A DNA stretch of 63,384 nucleotides, counting the filler, from Theionarchaea archaeon (GTDB lineage Archaea; Methanobacteriota_B; Thermococci; Methanofastidiosales; SZ-28-30): NCBI GenBank assembly GCA_018992565.1. It is 5 parts of 5 records of this genome, joined end to end, with 100 filler letters (N's around TTAATTAATTAA, not from the genome) between each part and the next. Parts side by side here need not be neighbours in the genome. Positions count along the whole stretch, not along the records: positions 26,577 to 58,254 come from JACVGW010000019.1; 4 more parts are not named here. One strand, written 5' to 3'. The notes beneath the pieces were generated by a model. That model was not told the DNA's origin. It was given only the letters and a program-made list of their open reading frames with translations, and made no database searches. Shown in pieces: positions 30,918-39,978 of this stretch; position 1 is the stretch's first letter, and the number at the start of each line of letters is the position of its first letter. Position numbers and translations under genes: made by a program.

Positions 30918-33469
30918 GATTGTGCCTCCTGAAAGTCAGTAATAATGTCACGCAGTAATTCTACATTACCCACCCAGATGGCTGCAAAGGTGGGCAGTCC
31001 CAGCCGGGACGGTTCCAGTGAATACTCCAGGTTCTCATCAAGCAGGAATCGGGAGTCTCCAATGAGGACTATGATTCCTTTGCCGTACTGCTTGCTGATG
31101 ATCAGGTCATACGTCTGGCCCAGATACGTCAGAGTAGCATACGACTTTGAGAGGTTGGTTCCACCTACAGGGTATGCTTCCATGAACTTGGGCTCATGCC
31201 AGTATTTGTCCAGGTTTTCCTGGGAGATTTCCGGGGTACGCCCATGTGTCTCAATAATCCAGGGGACAGGACCCAGAGGCACATTTCCTATATCCATTTC
31301 AACCCGTTGCAGAAGGGGCCTCAGAGCATCACGTTCTGCTGCTCCAGCTGACAGGATGAGGAGACCTCCCTGTTCCACAAAGGATATTATGTCATTCACT
31401 TCACCTGAGGAGTATCCCCTGGTAGGAGCAATTATCACCAGTATTCTGCCTTCTTTCAGTTGCGATGTGTCCTGGAGATACAGGGGTATGTAGTCATTTC
31501 GCAGGAAATTCTTGGTCAGTCCATCTACACTGTTGTCTTTGTATCCTCTGGTATTGAGAAGGTTGCAGTGAGCTGCATCAATCCAGGCAAGGACATCACT
31601 TTCTGGATGAGGTGTATCAATCAGCGAAGAGACGAACCCAGAGATGATCAAGGCTGCCAGAAGAACCACGAATATATGGCTTTCCAGCAGTCTCCTGCGT
31701 TCGAAGTAGAGCACACTGCCTGCACATATCAAGAACACGGCACTGGCCACCCAGGTCAGGGAGTATGGGATAGTATATGTATCTGTCAAGAAGTCCACGG
31801 AGTTCTCCATAAGTCTCCAGGTACTGGGTAGGGCTTCATTGAAACTGTATGAAGTATCTCCAAAGACCAGGACCTTCCCTTTTCCATAGGTATCTGCAGC
31901 TGCCAGGATAATGTCTCCCAGCTGCTCTCCGGATTCAAACTCCCTGTTTCCCAAGAACCCAGCTTCAAGAGGGTCAGGGTTATCAGAAAAGGCATACCGC
32001 CCTACCATCACGGGTTCAGCAGTCCCCGATACTGTCAAAGACGCACCCACAGAACCTGTGCGCACATCCTCAGAAGTCAGTCCCCAGGTAACAGCATGGG
32101 GCAGAAGCTCAGTTGAGGTCTGCCAGTGGTGTTGCATCCACTCTGCAGTGTCCATCTGTATCCTGATACCTGTCATAGAGAGGATATCATTCAGGTAGTG
32201 TCTCCCTGACTGGAAATCTACGAGACTGGCCATCATGTTGGTATGCTCCCCGAACACCAGGAGCCCCCCTCCTCTCTTGACAAAGGCATTCACAGCCTCT
32301 ATATCCTCAGCAGAAAGAGGGCTAGTTAGATTGGCCACCATAACTACATCAGCATCCTGTAAAGCATCTTTCAGTGAAGCAGATGTCTCATCAGTGAGTA
32401 TTTCCATCGTATACCCTCTCTCCTCAAAATACCACAGAGTAGCACCCAGCGTTATGCCCATGTCTCCCACCAGTGATTCACCTTCTTCAGGGAATTCTGG
32501 GATGTAAGAATCCATAGCGCAGTCCCGCTGATAGAATACTACCTTCCCCGGGCCCCCCTGGGTTACAAAGGGCAGCACTGTCAGGAATACCACCGATACC
32601 AGCAGTACCAGGAGAACTGCAGCGCGTCTAATATTCTGAGGGTTGACGGTACGGTAGGCCTCGACTTGTGGAATTCTCCATATTGAATAAAAGAACAGGC
32701 CTACCAGCAGGAAGAAGAGGGACAGCTGCAGCAGCGTGACCTGAGTGAGAGGATACAGGTCCAGCGAAGAAAAAACAAGACCGTACAGCAGCAGAGAGAG
32801 CATCCACAGAAGCACGGAACCGACTGCAAAATACACGAAAAAGAGCACCCTCCTGGGTTCTCCTCTCGCATTAAAGGCAAAGAGACCAGTTCCACACAGC
32901 AAAAAGTACAGCCACACCCAGAATCCACTGGCATCTGTGCCCAGTCTCATGTGTATACCACAAAGAGTGCCCATGAATCCACTGAACTGCAGCGATAGAG
33001 AGGATATTCCTCGTAAAACATATGGATTATACTGATGCACCAGAAATACTACAATAAACATCAGTGTACCTGCCACCACGGGAAGGCTGTACTGCTCCAA
33101 TCGTGAATCAGATATACTGGTTATCCCAATCACGAAAATTCCCACAGAGAGCATCCAGTACACTCGTGAAGATGTGGAAACCAATACAACAAAGGCTGCC
33201 ACCATCAAGACAAGCGACAGAGCCTTCTTTCTGTCTTCTGCATTTTCCCGTATCCTGGAGACAAGTGATCTGTTCACAGCTGAGAAAGGAAAAAGTGCCA
33301 GAAATACCAGTAATAACAGGACAAATCCGAAAAATCTTAGTGAACTCAATGTAAAGTGACCAATGACTGCAGAGATCAAGGTGAATGAGAAGGTCAACAG
33401 AATTGTCATAGACAGGAAATATACCATTTCTTTCTTGTTCGTTTTTTGAGGGGTTTCACGGTTCATCAC
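30914..33469 (-). CDS. Large membrane protein with the same architecture as its downstream partner
   Basis: About 10 TM segments, FVKRGGGLLVFGEH...YGKGKVLVFGD, two TM, then WIDAAH...FVEQGGLL...YGKGIIVLIGD. ATGA overlap with the next gene. Confidence 0.7.
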   Translation of the reverse strand: MMNRETPQKTNKKEMVYFLSMTILLTFSFTLISAVIGHFTLSSLRFFGFVLLLLVFLALFPFSAVNRSLVSRIRENAEDRKKALSLVLMVAAFVVLVSTSSRVYWMLSVGIFVIGITSISDSRLEQYSLPVVAGTLMFIVVFLVHQYNPYVLRGISSLSLQFSGFMGTLCGIHMRLGTDASGFWVWLYFLLCGTGLFAFNARGEPRRVLFFVYFAVGSVLLWMLSLLLYGLVFSSLDLYPLTQVTLLQLSLFFLLVGLFFYSIWRIPQVEAYRTVNPQNIRRAAVLLVLLVSVVFLTVLPFVTQGGPGKVVFYQRDCAMDSYIPEFPEEGESLVGDMGITLGATLWYFEERGYTMEILTDETSASLKDALQDADVVMVANLTSPLSAEDIEAVNAFVKRGGGLLVFGEHTNMMASLVDFQSGRHYLNDILSMTGIRIQMDTAEWMQHHWQTSTELLPHAVTWGLTSEDVRTGSVGASLTVSGTAEPVMVGRYAFSDNPDPLEAGFLGNREFESGEQLGDIILAAADTYGKGKVLVFGDTSYSFNEALPSTWRLMENSVDFLTDTYTIPYSLTWVASAVFLICAGSVLYFERRRLLESHIFVVLLAALIISGFVSSLIDTPHPESDVLAWIDAAHCNLLNTRGYKDNSVDGLTKNFLRNDYIPLYLQDTSQLKEGRILVIIAPTRGYSSGEVNDIISFVEQGGLLILSAGAAERDALRPLLQRVEMDIGNVPLGPVPWIIETHGRTPEISQENLDKYWHEPKFMEAYPVGGTNLSKSYATLTYLGQTYDLIISKQYGKGIIVLIGDSRFLLDENLEYSLEPSRLGLPTFAAIWVGNVELLRDIITDFQEAQS

Positions 33470-33763
33470 ACCACTTCCTCGGATTTTTTTCTTCTTGGCG
33501 CTAATAACAGCCTCTCCCTATATAAACTTTTACTCTGCAGAAATGTTACTATTGGGAATGAACTAAAAGGGGGGTACCTGGAACTGATTCACACACAGGA
33601 GCCATAGGAGTAATCTCTCGGGAATTCTGGATGTTGTTTCGAGGCAGAATCACAGAAGAAGTTAAAAAGATATCCAGGAACAATCTGGGTAGTCCACTAT
33701 GAGAAGCTGCAGATTGTAATTTGCCGCTCTTGTCTATCTTATCTCAGAAGAATAAGGTTTGAC

Positions 33764-33820
33764 GCAACGTTTATAAATATAGGTTAATCCATATCTACAT
33801 AGAAAGAAGGAGGTGAATTG
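33764..33820 (+). promoter_or_regulatory. TATA box and strong SD for the TC-repeat gene
   Basis: CAACGTTTATAAAT, then AAGGAGGTGA 5 nt before ATG 33822. Confidence 0.7.
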
Positions 33821-33821
33821 A

Positions 33822-34238
33822 ATGGAAAAAAAGAGCGTTGTGATCCTGGCCCTGGTATCTGCCATAGCGTTATTTGTGGCAACAGCAGTCAGCGCCAGTT
33901 CCCTGACGGGTAGCCCTCTTTTCAACCTGAGAATGGAACAGCAGAGCAGCAAGATGAACTTCTTACCAACAGAGATCAATGGATTTACTTACACGTCAGA
34001 ATCAACATATTCCCTGGCCCTGGAGTTTTCACAGTGCTGTGCAGTGGTCCCCCTGGGACCAGAACCCACGAATCACCAGGTTCCATGTGAATGGACAGTC
34101 CAGACCTGTCCCCTCACCTGCCTGAGCACATGCCCGGAAACGTGCTACACATGCAACACATGCCTCGTAGAAACATGCCCCTATACCTGCAGTTTCACCT
34201 GTGGTGGATCTACCTGTGGCGATCCTCCTTGCGTGTAA
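33822..34238 (+). CDS. Secreted protein with a C-terminal Thr-Cys repeat (candidate modified-peptide precursor)
   Basis: Signal peptide MEKK+hydrophobic+VSA; 10 TC dipeptides; 14 Cys in total; has its own TATA, SD and T-rich terminator. Confidence 0.85.
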   Translation: MEKKSVVILALVSAIALFVATAVSASSLTGSPLFNLRMEQQSSKMNFLPTEINGFTYTSESTYSLALEFSQCCAVVPLGPEPTNHQVPCEWTVQTCPLTCLSTCPETCYTCNTCLVETCPYTCSFTCGGSTCGDPPCV

Positions 34239-34260
34239 TATTCCTCTTCTTTTCTTTTTT
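34239..34260 (+). terminator. Archaeal T-rich terminator
   Basis: TTCCTCTTCTTTTCTTTTTT immediately after the stop codon. Confidence 0.6.
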
Positions 34261-34393
34261 ACTATTGCCATTGAACTGTCATCGTCTTTCACCCTCCCTT
34301 CTTCTCTGAATGCGTCATACAGTGATCTCTGCGAAGGTCATGCACTAGTTCCTTCAGGAGCCACACGATTCTATAAAAACAGGAAAAAGTTCT

Positions 34394-35221
34394 TCAGGTG
34401 CCCTGCAGCCCTGGGTCCCTGTCCAGTTCATCAACAGTAATTCCTCTTTTCCTCAATTCCTTCAGATACGGGTTGATACCCACCATGTCTGATGCAATAT
34501 GTCCGGTAATAACCAGGTTCCCTTTCCCGTACTCCTGGAGTCTCTTCAAGTCGCCAGGGTTAATATGTATATATATTACAGTCCCGATGCCGTGATCAAA
34601 ATACGCCTTAGCTACGCTGTATCCTCCATTGGTCCCGGCTCCATGTGCCACCACTACCTTCCCCGCCCCATTATCAAGACGACCCACGGGAATCATGATC
34701 TCAGTGGTTGCCCTTTCAAACTCTTCCAACCCCATCAAGGCGTTGACAACATCCTGCACAGTTCCTGATTTATCCACCGAATTTCGAACAGTCTGATCCA
34801 TAATTCGTCTTCCCAGTTCGTCCAGTGGATTGTGAATATTGAGGTACGGCATTCCCAGCCGTTCTGCTACCGAAGGGGCGTGATACAGGTTCCGGGATTG
34901 ATTGGTGATTCTTGCTGTTTCTACCAGTGGGCTGACTGCCTCTTCTGCCAATCTTTCTGGTACACCTGCATTCATGAGGAGGGGTTTATGTTTCCACAGA
35001 ACCTCAAAGTACTTTGCAAAGGCTCTCCCTCCCTGGGGGTGGTGCGCCAGGCAGCAGTCATACCCCAGGTTGTGGGCCATAACCAATTCGGGGACTCCCA
35101 GGTCCACGCCGAAGAGAACTCTCTTAATGTCTTTTCCTCTAACGTAAATAGTAGAATCCCCTGGTATCTCAGAGAATCCCACCATATCAAGAGCTATCTG
35201 CATTAATTCTTCAGTATTCAT
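34394..35221 (-). CDS. NIF3/DUF34-like metal-binding protein
   Basis: VLFGVD, LAHHP, NIHNPLD and ITGHIASD motifs. Confidence 0.75.
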   Translation of the reverse strand: MNTEELMQIALDMVGFSEIPGDSTIYVRGKDIKRVLFGVDLGVPELVMAHNLGYDCCLAHHPQGGRAFAKYFEVLWKHKPLLMNAGVPERLAEEAVSPLVETARITNQSRNLYHAPSVAERLGMPYLNIHNPLDELGRRIMDQTVRNSVDKSGTVQDVVNALMGLEEFERATTEIMIPVGRLDNGAGKVVVAHGAGTNGGYSVAKAYFDHGIGTVIYIHINPGDLKRLQEYGKGNLVITGHIASDMVGINPYLKELRKRGITVDELDRDPGLQGT

Positions 35222-35351
35222 GGTTATTCCTCCTGGAAAGGTGCTACAGTACTATGCTTCTCCTGCGCAAATCATGTTTATAAGAGTATGTCCTTGTTCT
35301 GCCAGCGCTAGAGAGGGAAAATCCACTTCCAGAATATCAAGACATCCCATG

Positions 35352-36671
35352 TTATACCCTGACTTCTTTCCACCTTCCTGCTTTGTACTGATGAATATAC
35401 AGGATGCCTCTGACAAATGTGTCTACTGTCATGGCCACCCAGGCACCTACAGCTCCCCAGTGGAGCATGACACCCAGGAAGTAAGCTAACGGGATGCGGA
35501 ACAACCATAACCCAAACACAGATATATACAAGGGTGATCGGGTCTCGCCTGCCCCCCGCAGTCCTCCTGACAGGGTGAACACCAGAGCCAGGAACGGTTC
35601 TGATACAGCCACAATTCTCAAATAGTACACAGCCAGTCCCACCACATCCTGTTCTGTGACAAAAAGCTCTGCCATTGACCGGGGAAACACAAACATCAAG
35701 GCACCCACAGCACTCATCATTATGACGCATAACTTGGCTGCTTCCCACCCACTCTGCTCTGCTCTTTCTGGATCGTTTGCTCCCAGGTTCTGACCCACCA
35801 GGGCAGTAGCTGCTACTGCAAATCCAAACCCAGGCATGTATGAGAGCGACTCAATGCGGAGGCCGATCTGGTGGGCAGCCAGAGCAGCAGTGCCAAATCC
35901 TGTGATAATTGATACATAAAAGATCATAGATCCAGACATGATGATCCGCTCGACGCCGCTGGGCATACCGATTTTTAATATTCGCTTCACTGTTTCTCTC
36001 TTCAGGGAGAGGTGCTCATGTCGTGATATTTTCAGGACGAACCTCCCACTGAAGAAGATGACAAGATAGGTAAGAGAAGCCCACAGGAATGAGACAGCTG
36101 TGGCAATACCTGCCCCCTTCACTCCAAGAGCCGGGAATCCCCACTTTCCAAAGATCAGGAGGTAGTTTAATACCACATTGATGAGGTTCATGGTGGCTCC
36201 CACCATCATGGGAGTTTTCGTGTCACCTGCTCCTCGTAGTGCTCCTTCTGAATTGAATATCACAAAAATACAGGGAGTACTGAGAAAGACAATGCGGATG
36301 TAAATTGACCCCAGCTCAGCGACCTGCTCGCTGGCTCCAATAAGGAGAAGAGCGTGCTTGGCAATCCCATACCAGAAGGCCCCCAGACCCACAGAAAGGA
36401 GGAGTACCAGTATCAGGGACTGGACCAGAACATGTTCAGCTTTTTCTTCCTCTCTGGCACCCACAAACCTGGCAATTAACGCAGTCGTGCCCACAGTGAC
36501 AGAAAACATGAGGGCATTCAAGAACCACAGAAGCTGTCCTCCCAGTCCCACTGAAGCTACAGCAGCTGATCCCAGCCTGCCCACCATTACCAGATCCACC
36601 ATACTGACTACAGTTTGAAGCAGATTTCCCACAATGGCAGGCCATGCGAGCTTAAGAATAGTCCCACGCAT
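35352..36671 (-). CDS. MATE family efflux transporter
   Basis: VDLVMVGRLG, LRGAGDTKTPM and VGQNLGA. Confidence 0.93.
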   Translation of the reverse strand: MRGTILKLAWPAIVGNLLQTVVSMVDLVMVGRLGSAAVASVGLGGQLLWFLNALMFSVTVGTTALIARFVGAREEEKAEHVLVQSLILVLLLSVGLGAFWYGIAKHALLLIGASEQVAELGSIYIRIVFLSTPCIFVIFNSEGALRGAGDTKTPMMVGATMNLINVVLNYLLIFGKWGFPALGVKGAGIATAVSFLWASLTYLVIFFSGRFVLKISRHEHLSLKRETVKRILKIGMPSGVERIIMSGSMIFYVSIITGFGTAALAAHQIGLRIESLSYMPGFGFAVAATALVGQNLGANDPERAEQSGWEAAKLCVIMMSAVGALMFVFPRSMAELFVTEQDVVGLAVYYLRIVAVSEPFLALVFTLSGGLRGAGETRSPLYISVFGLWLFRIPLAYFLGVMLHWGAVGAWVAMTVDTFVRGILYIHQYKAGRWKEVRV

Positions 36672-36837
36672 TGGTGATTCCTCCAGGTGGACCTTTTAAT
36701 GGTTTGCCTCGTATGATGAAATCAGGAGACCCTGCAAAAGACCCGTATCTGACCTGTGGAACGGTGAAGTCTGCTGTCACATCTATGAAGAAGTATCAAG
36801 AAGGGTGGCCTGCACAGTACCAGCATCCTGCAATCCT

Positions 36838-38001
36838 TCAACAGTGAGCCTTTACGAATTCTTCCAGCCTGTTGTAGGCCTCCTCGAGAACGTCTATTGT
36901 GGGAAGGACAACTGATCTCAGGTGGCCCTTTCCAAACTCGGGACAGAACCCAGACCCATGTACAAAGAGCACGTGTTTTTCTTTCAAGAGGTCCAGCACA
37001 AATTTCTTATCGTCTCTGGCAGGTATCTTGGGAAAAATGTAGAAGGCTCCTTCTGGTTTCGATGCAGAAACTCCTTCAATTTCATTGAGCCTTTTCCAGG
37101 CAAAATCTCTCCTTTCTTTCAGTTTTTTCACCAGGAGTGGTATATGTTCCTGACTGCCCTCCAGTGCTTCAGCAGCTGCCACCTGGCATAGTGTGTTTGT
37201 ACAGAGCCTGATTCTTGCCTGTCTCAGGACTCCCTCTTTCAACTCATCACAATTGCAGAAAACAGCATACCCTATCCGCCATCCTGTAGCCAGGTAGACC
37301 TTGGAGAACCCGTTGACAATGACCATGGGGGCATCAGTCACGGGGAATGTCTCGTGAGGCTTATCAAACACCATTTCATCATAGATTTCATCTGTTATGA
37401 GAAGGATATCATGGTCTGCTGCTACCCTCTGCAGTTCCATGAGCACTTTTTTTGGATACACTGCCCCTGTGGGGTTGTTGGGGTTAATCACTGTTATGGC
37501 CTTAGTTTTCTTAGAAATCTTGGCTTCCATGTCTTCAATATCCGGGACCCATCCCTCCTCTTCTATGGTCCTGTATGACACTGGGTTACCTCCATAGAAC
37601 CTGGTGTAGGCCATGTACGGAGGATAAGTGGGGCCAGGAACCAGTATTTCATCACTGGGTTCAAGGAGTGCCCCGAATAGCATGGATATTCCTTCGGATA
37701 TACCATTAGTGACAATTATCTGTCCAGGATTGCACGTTCTGCCGTTAAGGGACTGTTCTCTCTTACAGATTGCTTCTCTGAGTCTGGGTAGCCCTTCAGA
37801 TGGCCCATAGAAGTTCATATTGTCCTTGGCAGCCTGACATAAAGCTTCTGTCATGTGATGAGGGGTCTCGAAATCAAACTTGAGAGGATCACCGATATTC
37901 AGCTTGATAACGGTAATGCCTTTCTTCTCCAGTTCTGTGGCGGGTACTACCACATCTCGAATAGCATACTCAATCTGGGAAACCCTGTCAGCGAGGTTCA
38001 T
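36838..38001 (-). CDS. Class I/II PLP aminotransferase (AlaA-type alanine aminotransferase-like)
   Basis: LNIGDP, INPNNPTG, DEIY and SKVYLATGWRIG. Confidence 0.9.
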   Translation of the reverse strand: MNLADRVSQIEYAIRDVVVPATELEKKGITVIKLNIGDPLKFDFETPHHMTEALCQAAKDNMNFYGPSEGLPRLREAICKREQSLNGRTCNPGQIIVTNGISEGISMLFGALLEPSDEILVPGPTYPPYMAYTRFYGGNPVSYRTIEEEGWVPDIEDMEAKISKKTKAITVINPNNPTGAVYPKKVLMELQRVAADHDILLITDEIYDEMVFDKPHETFPVTDAPMVIVNGFSKVYLATGWRIGYAVFCNCDELKEGVLRQARIRLCTNTLCQVAAAEALEGSQEHIPLLVKKLKERRDFAWKRLNEIEGVSASKPEGAFYIFPKIPARDDKKFVLDLLKEKHVLFVHGSGFCPEFGKGHLRSVVLPTIDVLEEAYNRLEEFVKAHC

Positions 38002-38110
38002 GGGTGGGTGTGTGTAAATGCATTCTTAAAGGTTAGCGTGGGCTTCAGAAAGAACGCGCAGTTTTCTTTCAAGGTCAAAGGTTCTTAAACCAAGCATCTA
38101 TCAATACATC

Positions 38111-38674
38111 GTGAAACTGGATTCATCGTTCTATGAAAGAGATACCCCTGCTGTGGCCAAAGCTCTCCTGGGCTGTCAGCTCATCTCCCGTGTTGGTGGA
38201 GAGAGTGCAACGACAAGTGGCGTCATTGTAGAGACTGAGGCCTACCTGGGAGGAGGGGACCCGGGAAGCCACGCCTCTAAAGGAAGGACTCCCCGCACTG
38301 AGACCATGTTCGGAGAGCCTGGTAGAGCATATGTGTATCTTATATACGGGATGTACTATCTCCTCAATGTTGTTACTGAACCTGTGGGTACGGCGGGCGC
38401 AGTACTGATCAGAGCCCTGGAGCCTGTTGAAGGGATTGACATCATGAAAGAGAGAAGAAAGTGCCAACCAGTGAAGAACCTGACTACAGGACCAGGGAAG
38501 CTCACACAGGCACTGGGTATTACTATTGAGCACAATACACTGGATCTCACACAGGATCTCATCTGGATCGAGCCATATACCACGGGAGACGTACAGGGTT
38601 CGTCCAGAATTGGGGTTTCAGATGGGCAGGCACTGAGATATTTCATTAAAGGGAATCCTTTTGTTTCCAGATAG
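38111..38674 (+). CDS. mpg: 3-methyladenine DNA glycosylase (MPG/AAG family)
   Basis: IVETEAY, YVYLIYGMY, AVLIRALEP, GPGKL and SRIG. Confidence 0.93.
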   Translation: MKLDSSFYERDTPAVAKALLGCQLISRVGGESATTSGVIVETEAYLGGGDPGSHASKGRTPRTETMFGEPGRAYVYLIYGMYYLLNVVTEPVGTAGAVLIRALEPVEGIDIMKERRKCQPVKNLTTGPGKLTQALGITIEHNTLDLTQDLIWIEPYTTGDVQGSSRIGVSDGQALRYFIKGNPFVSR

Positions 38675-38700
38675 AGAAAACCATTCAGTTATTGTTCGCG

Positions 38701-39882
38701 TCAGTTATCTGATTCATCGATTGCCTCTCGGTTGGACTTTAACCACCCAATGAATCCAAATGCAACCAGAGCACACAGTGCAAATGAGCTGTAGAATAGG
38801 TTTTTAAGATCAAAATGATCTGCAATGGGCCCTCCTACAGAAGATCCTCCCTGTGATATGGTGAAGATCATACTGTGAATCCCCATGTATGTTCCTCTCA
38901 TTTCTCTGGGAGTGAGGGATGATAATACAGCAAAAGAAGACACGCAATAGCCACTCCACCCAATTCCTTCAACTGCCACTGCCAGAAACAAGTACCACCA
39001 GATAGGGGAAACAGCGAATATGAGGACAGCCACAGTTCTCACTGCAACAGAAACCTGGAGCATACGCACTCTCCCTATCTTGTCTGAAAGTTTCCCCATT
39101 GGGATCATAGATAGGGTAGCTATTCCATCGGCGAGGATGAACACGTAGCTCACTTCCTGTATGCTGCCACCCAGTTCTCGTACGTAGATGGAGATAAACC
39201 GTTCAATCATGGCGAAGGCAAAAGAAGTCAAAAATATGAACAGCGTGTAGACGGTGAAATGCCGATGTACTGTGTAAAAGGCTTTGAACTGTTCTGCACT
39301 CAGCAAGTTGTTCCGAACTGGCTGGAGTCCTTCAGGTTCATCAATGTAGAGGGCTATCAGAGCGGCAGACAGCATGCACAGAGAACAGAAGTAGAAAAGG
39401 TATGCATACCCGTACTGGGAGATGAGACCACCAACAATATAGTAGCCAATTATGGTTCCCACGCCCCCGAAGGTGGTAATCTTGCCCATCAAGGTTCCCC
39501 GTTCTGTGGGCAGCGAATGTTCTGCAATGAGTGCTTTCCAAACGGGAGCTGCCATGGACCAGCATGCCTGCAGCACAATCAGGGTCAAAGACAACGTATA
39601 AATATCAGTAATCCTGGGAATAAGCAGAAAGACAATCCCTGGAATTCCCTCTCCTACAACGAGAAAAAGCCTTCTCTGTCCTATGCGGTCCGAAGTCCAG
39701 CCCCAGAGCGTCTGGAACAGTGCACTGACCACAAATATCAGTGTCCAGATGATACCTACCTGTGTGAACGACGCAGCTATCTCCTCTTTCAAGTATAGGC
39801 TGAAGAACACGCCAAACACGCCTTTCCGCATCTCCACCACGAAGGAAATGGCCGAGAATACACCAAGCATTCTCCGCTCCAT
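38701..39882 (-). CDS. MFS transporter
   Basis: About 12 TM segments; GWTSDRIGQR and GKLSDKIGR (motif A). Confidence 0.9.
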   Translation of the reverse strand: MERRMLGVFSAISFVVEMRKGVFGVFFSLYLKEEIAASFTQVGIIWTLIFVVSALFQTLWGWTSDRIGQRRLFLVVGEGIPGIVFLLIPRITDIYTLSLTLIVLQACWSMAAPVWKALIAEHSLPTERGTLMGKITTFGGVGTIIGYYIVGGLISQYGYAYLFYFCSLCMLSAALIALYIDEPEGLQPVRNNLLSAEQFKAFYTVHRHFTVYTLFIFLTSFAFAMIERFISIYVRELGGSIQEVSYVFILADGIATLSMIPMGKLSDKIGRVRMLQVSVAVRTVAVLIFAVSPIWWYLFLAVAVEGIGWSGYCVSSFAVLSSLTPREMRGTYMGIHSMIFTISQGGSSVGGPIADHFDLKNLFYSSFALCALVAFGFIGWLKSNREAIDESDN

Positions 39883-39978
39883 ACCATAGACTTCGTTTGT
39901 CCTTTATAAATATAGGGGTTGTCAAGTCATTGAGAAGTATCTGATCAATACCGTCATTTGATGACTTGAGGTGGTTTC

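Noticed and set aside
36713..36752. ATGATGA...CTGA as a C/D sRNA
   Set aside because: Too short and lacks internal D'/C' boxes.
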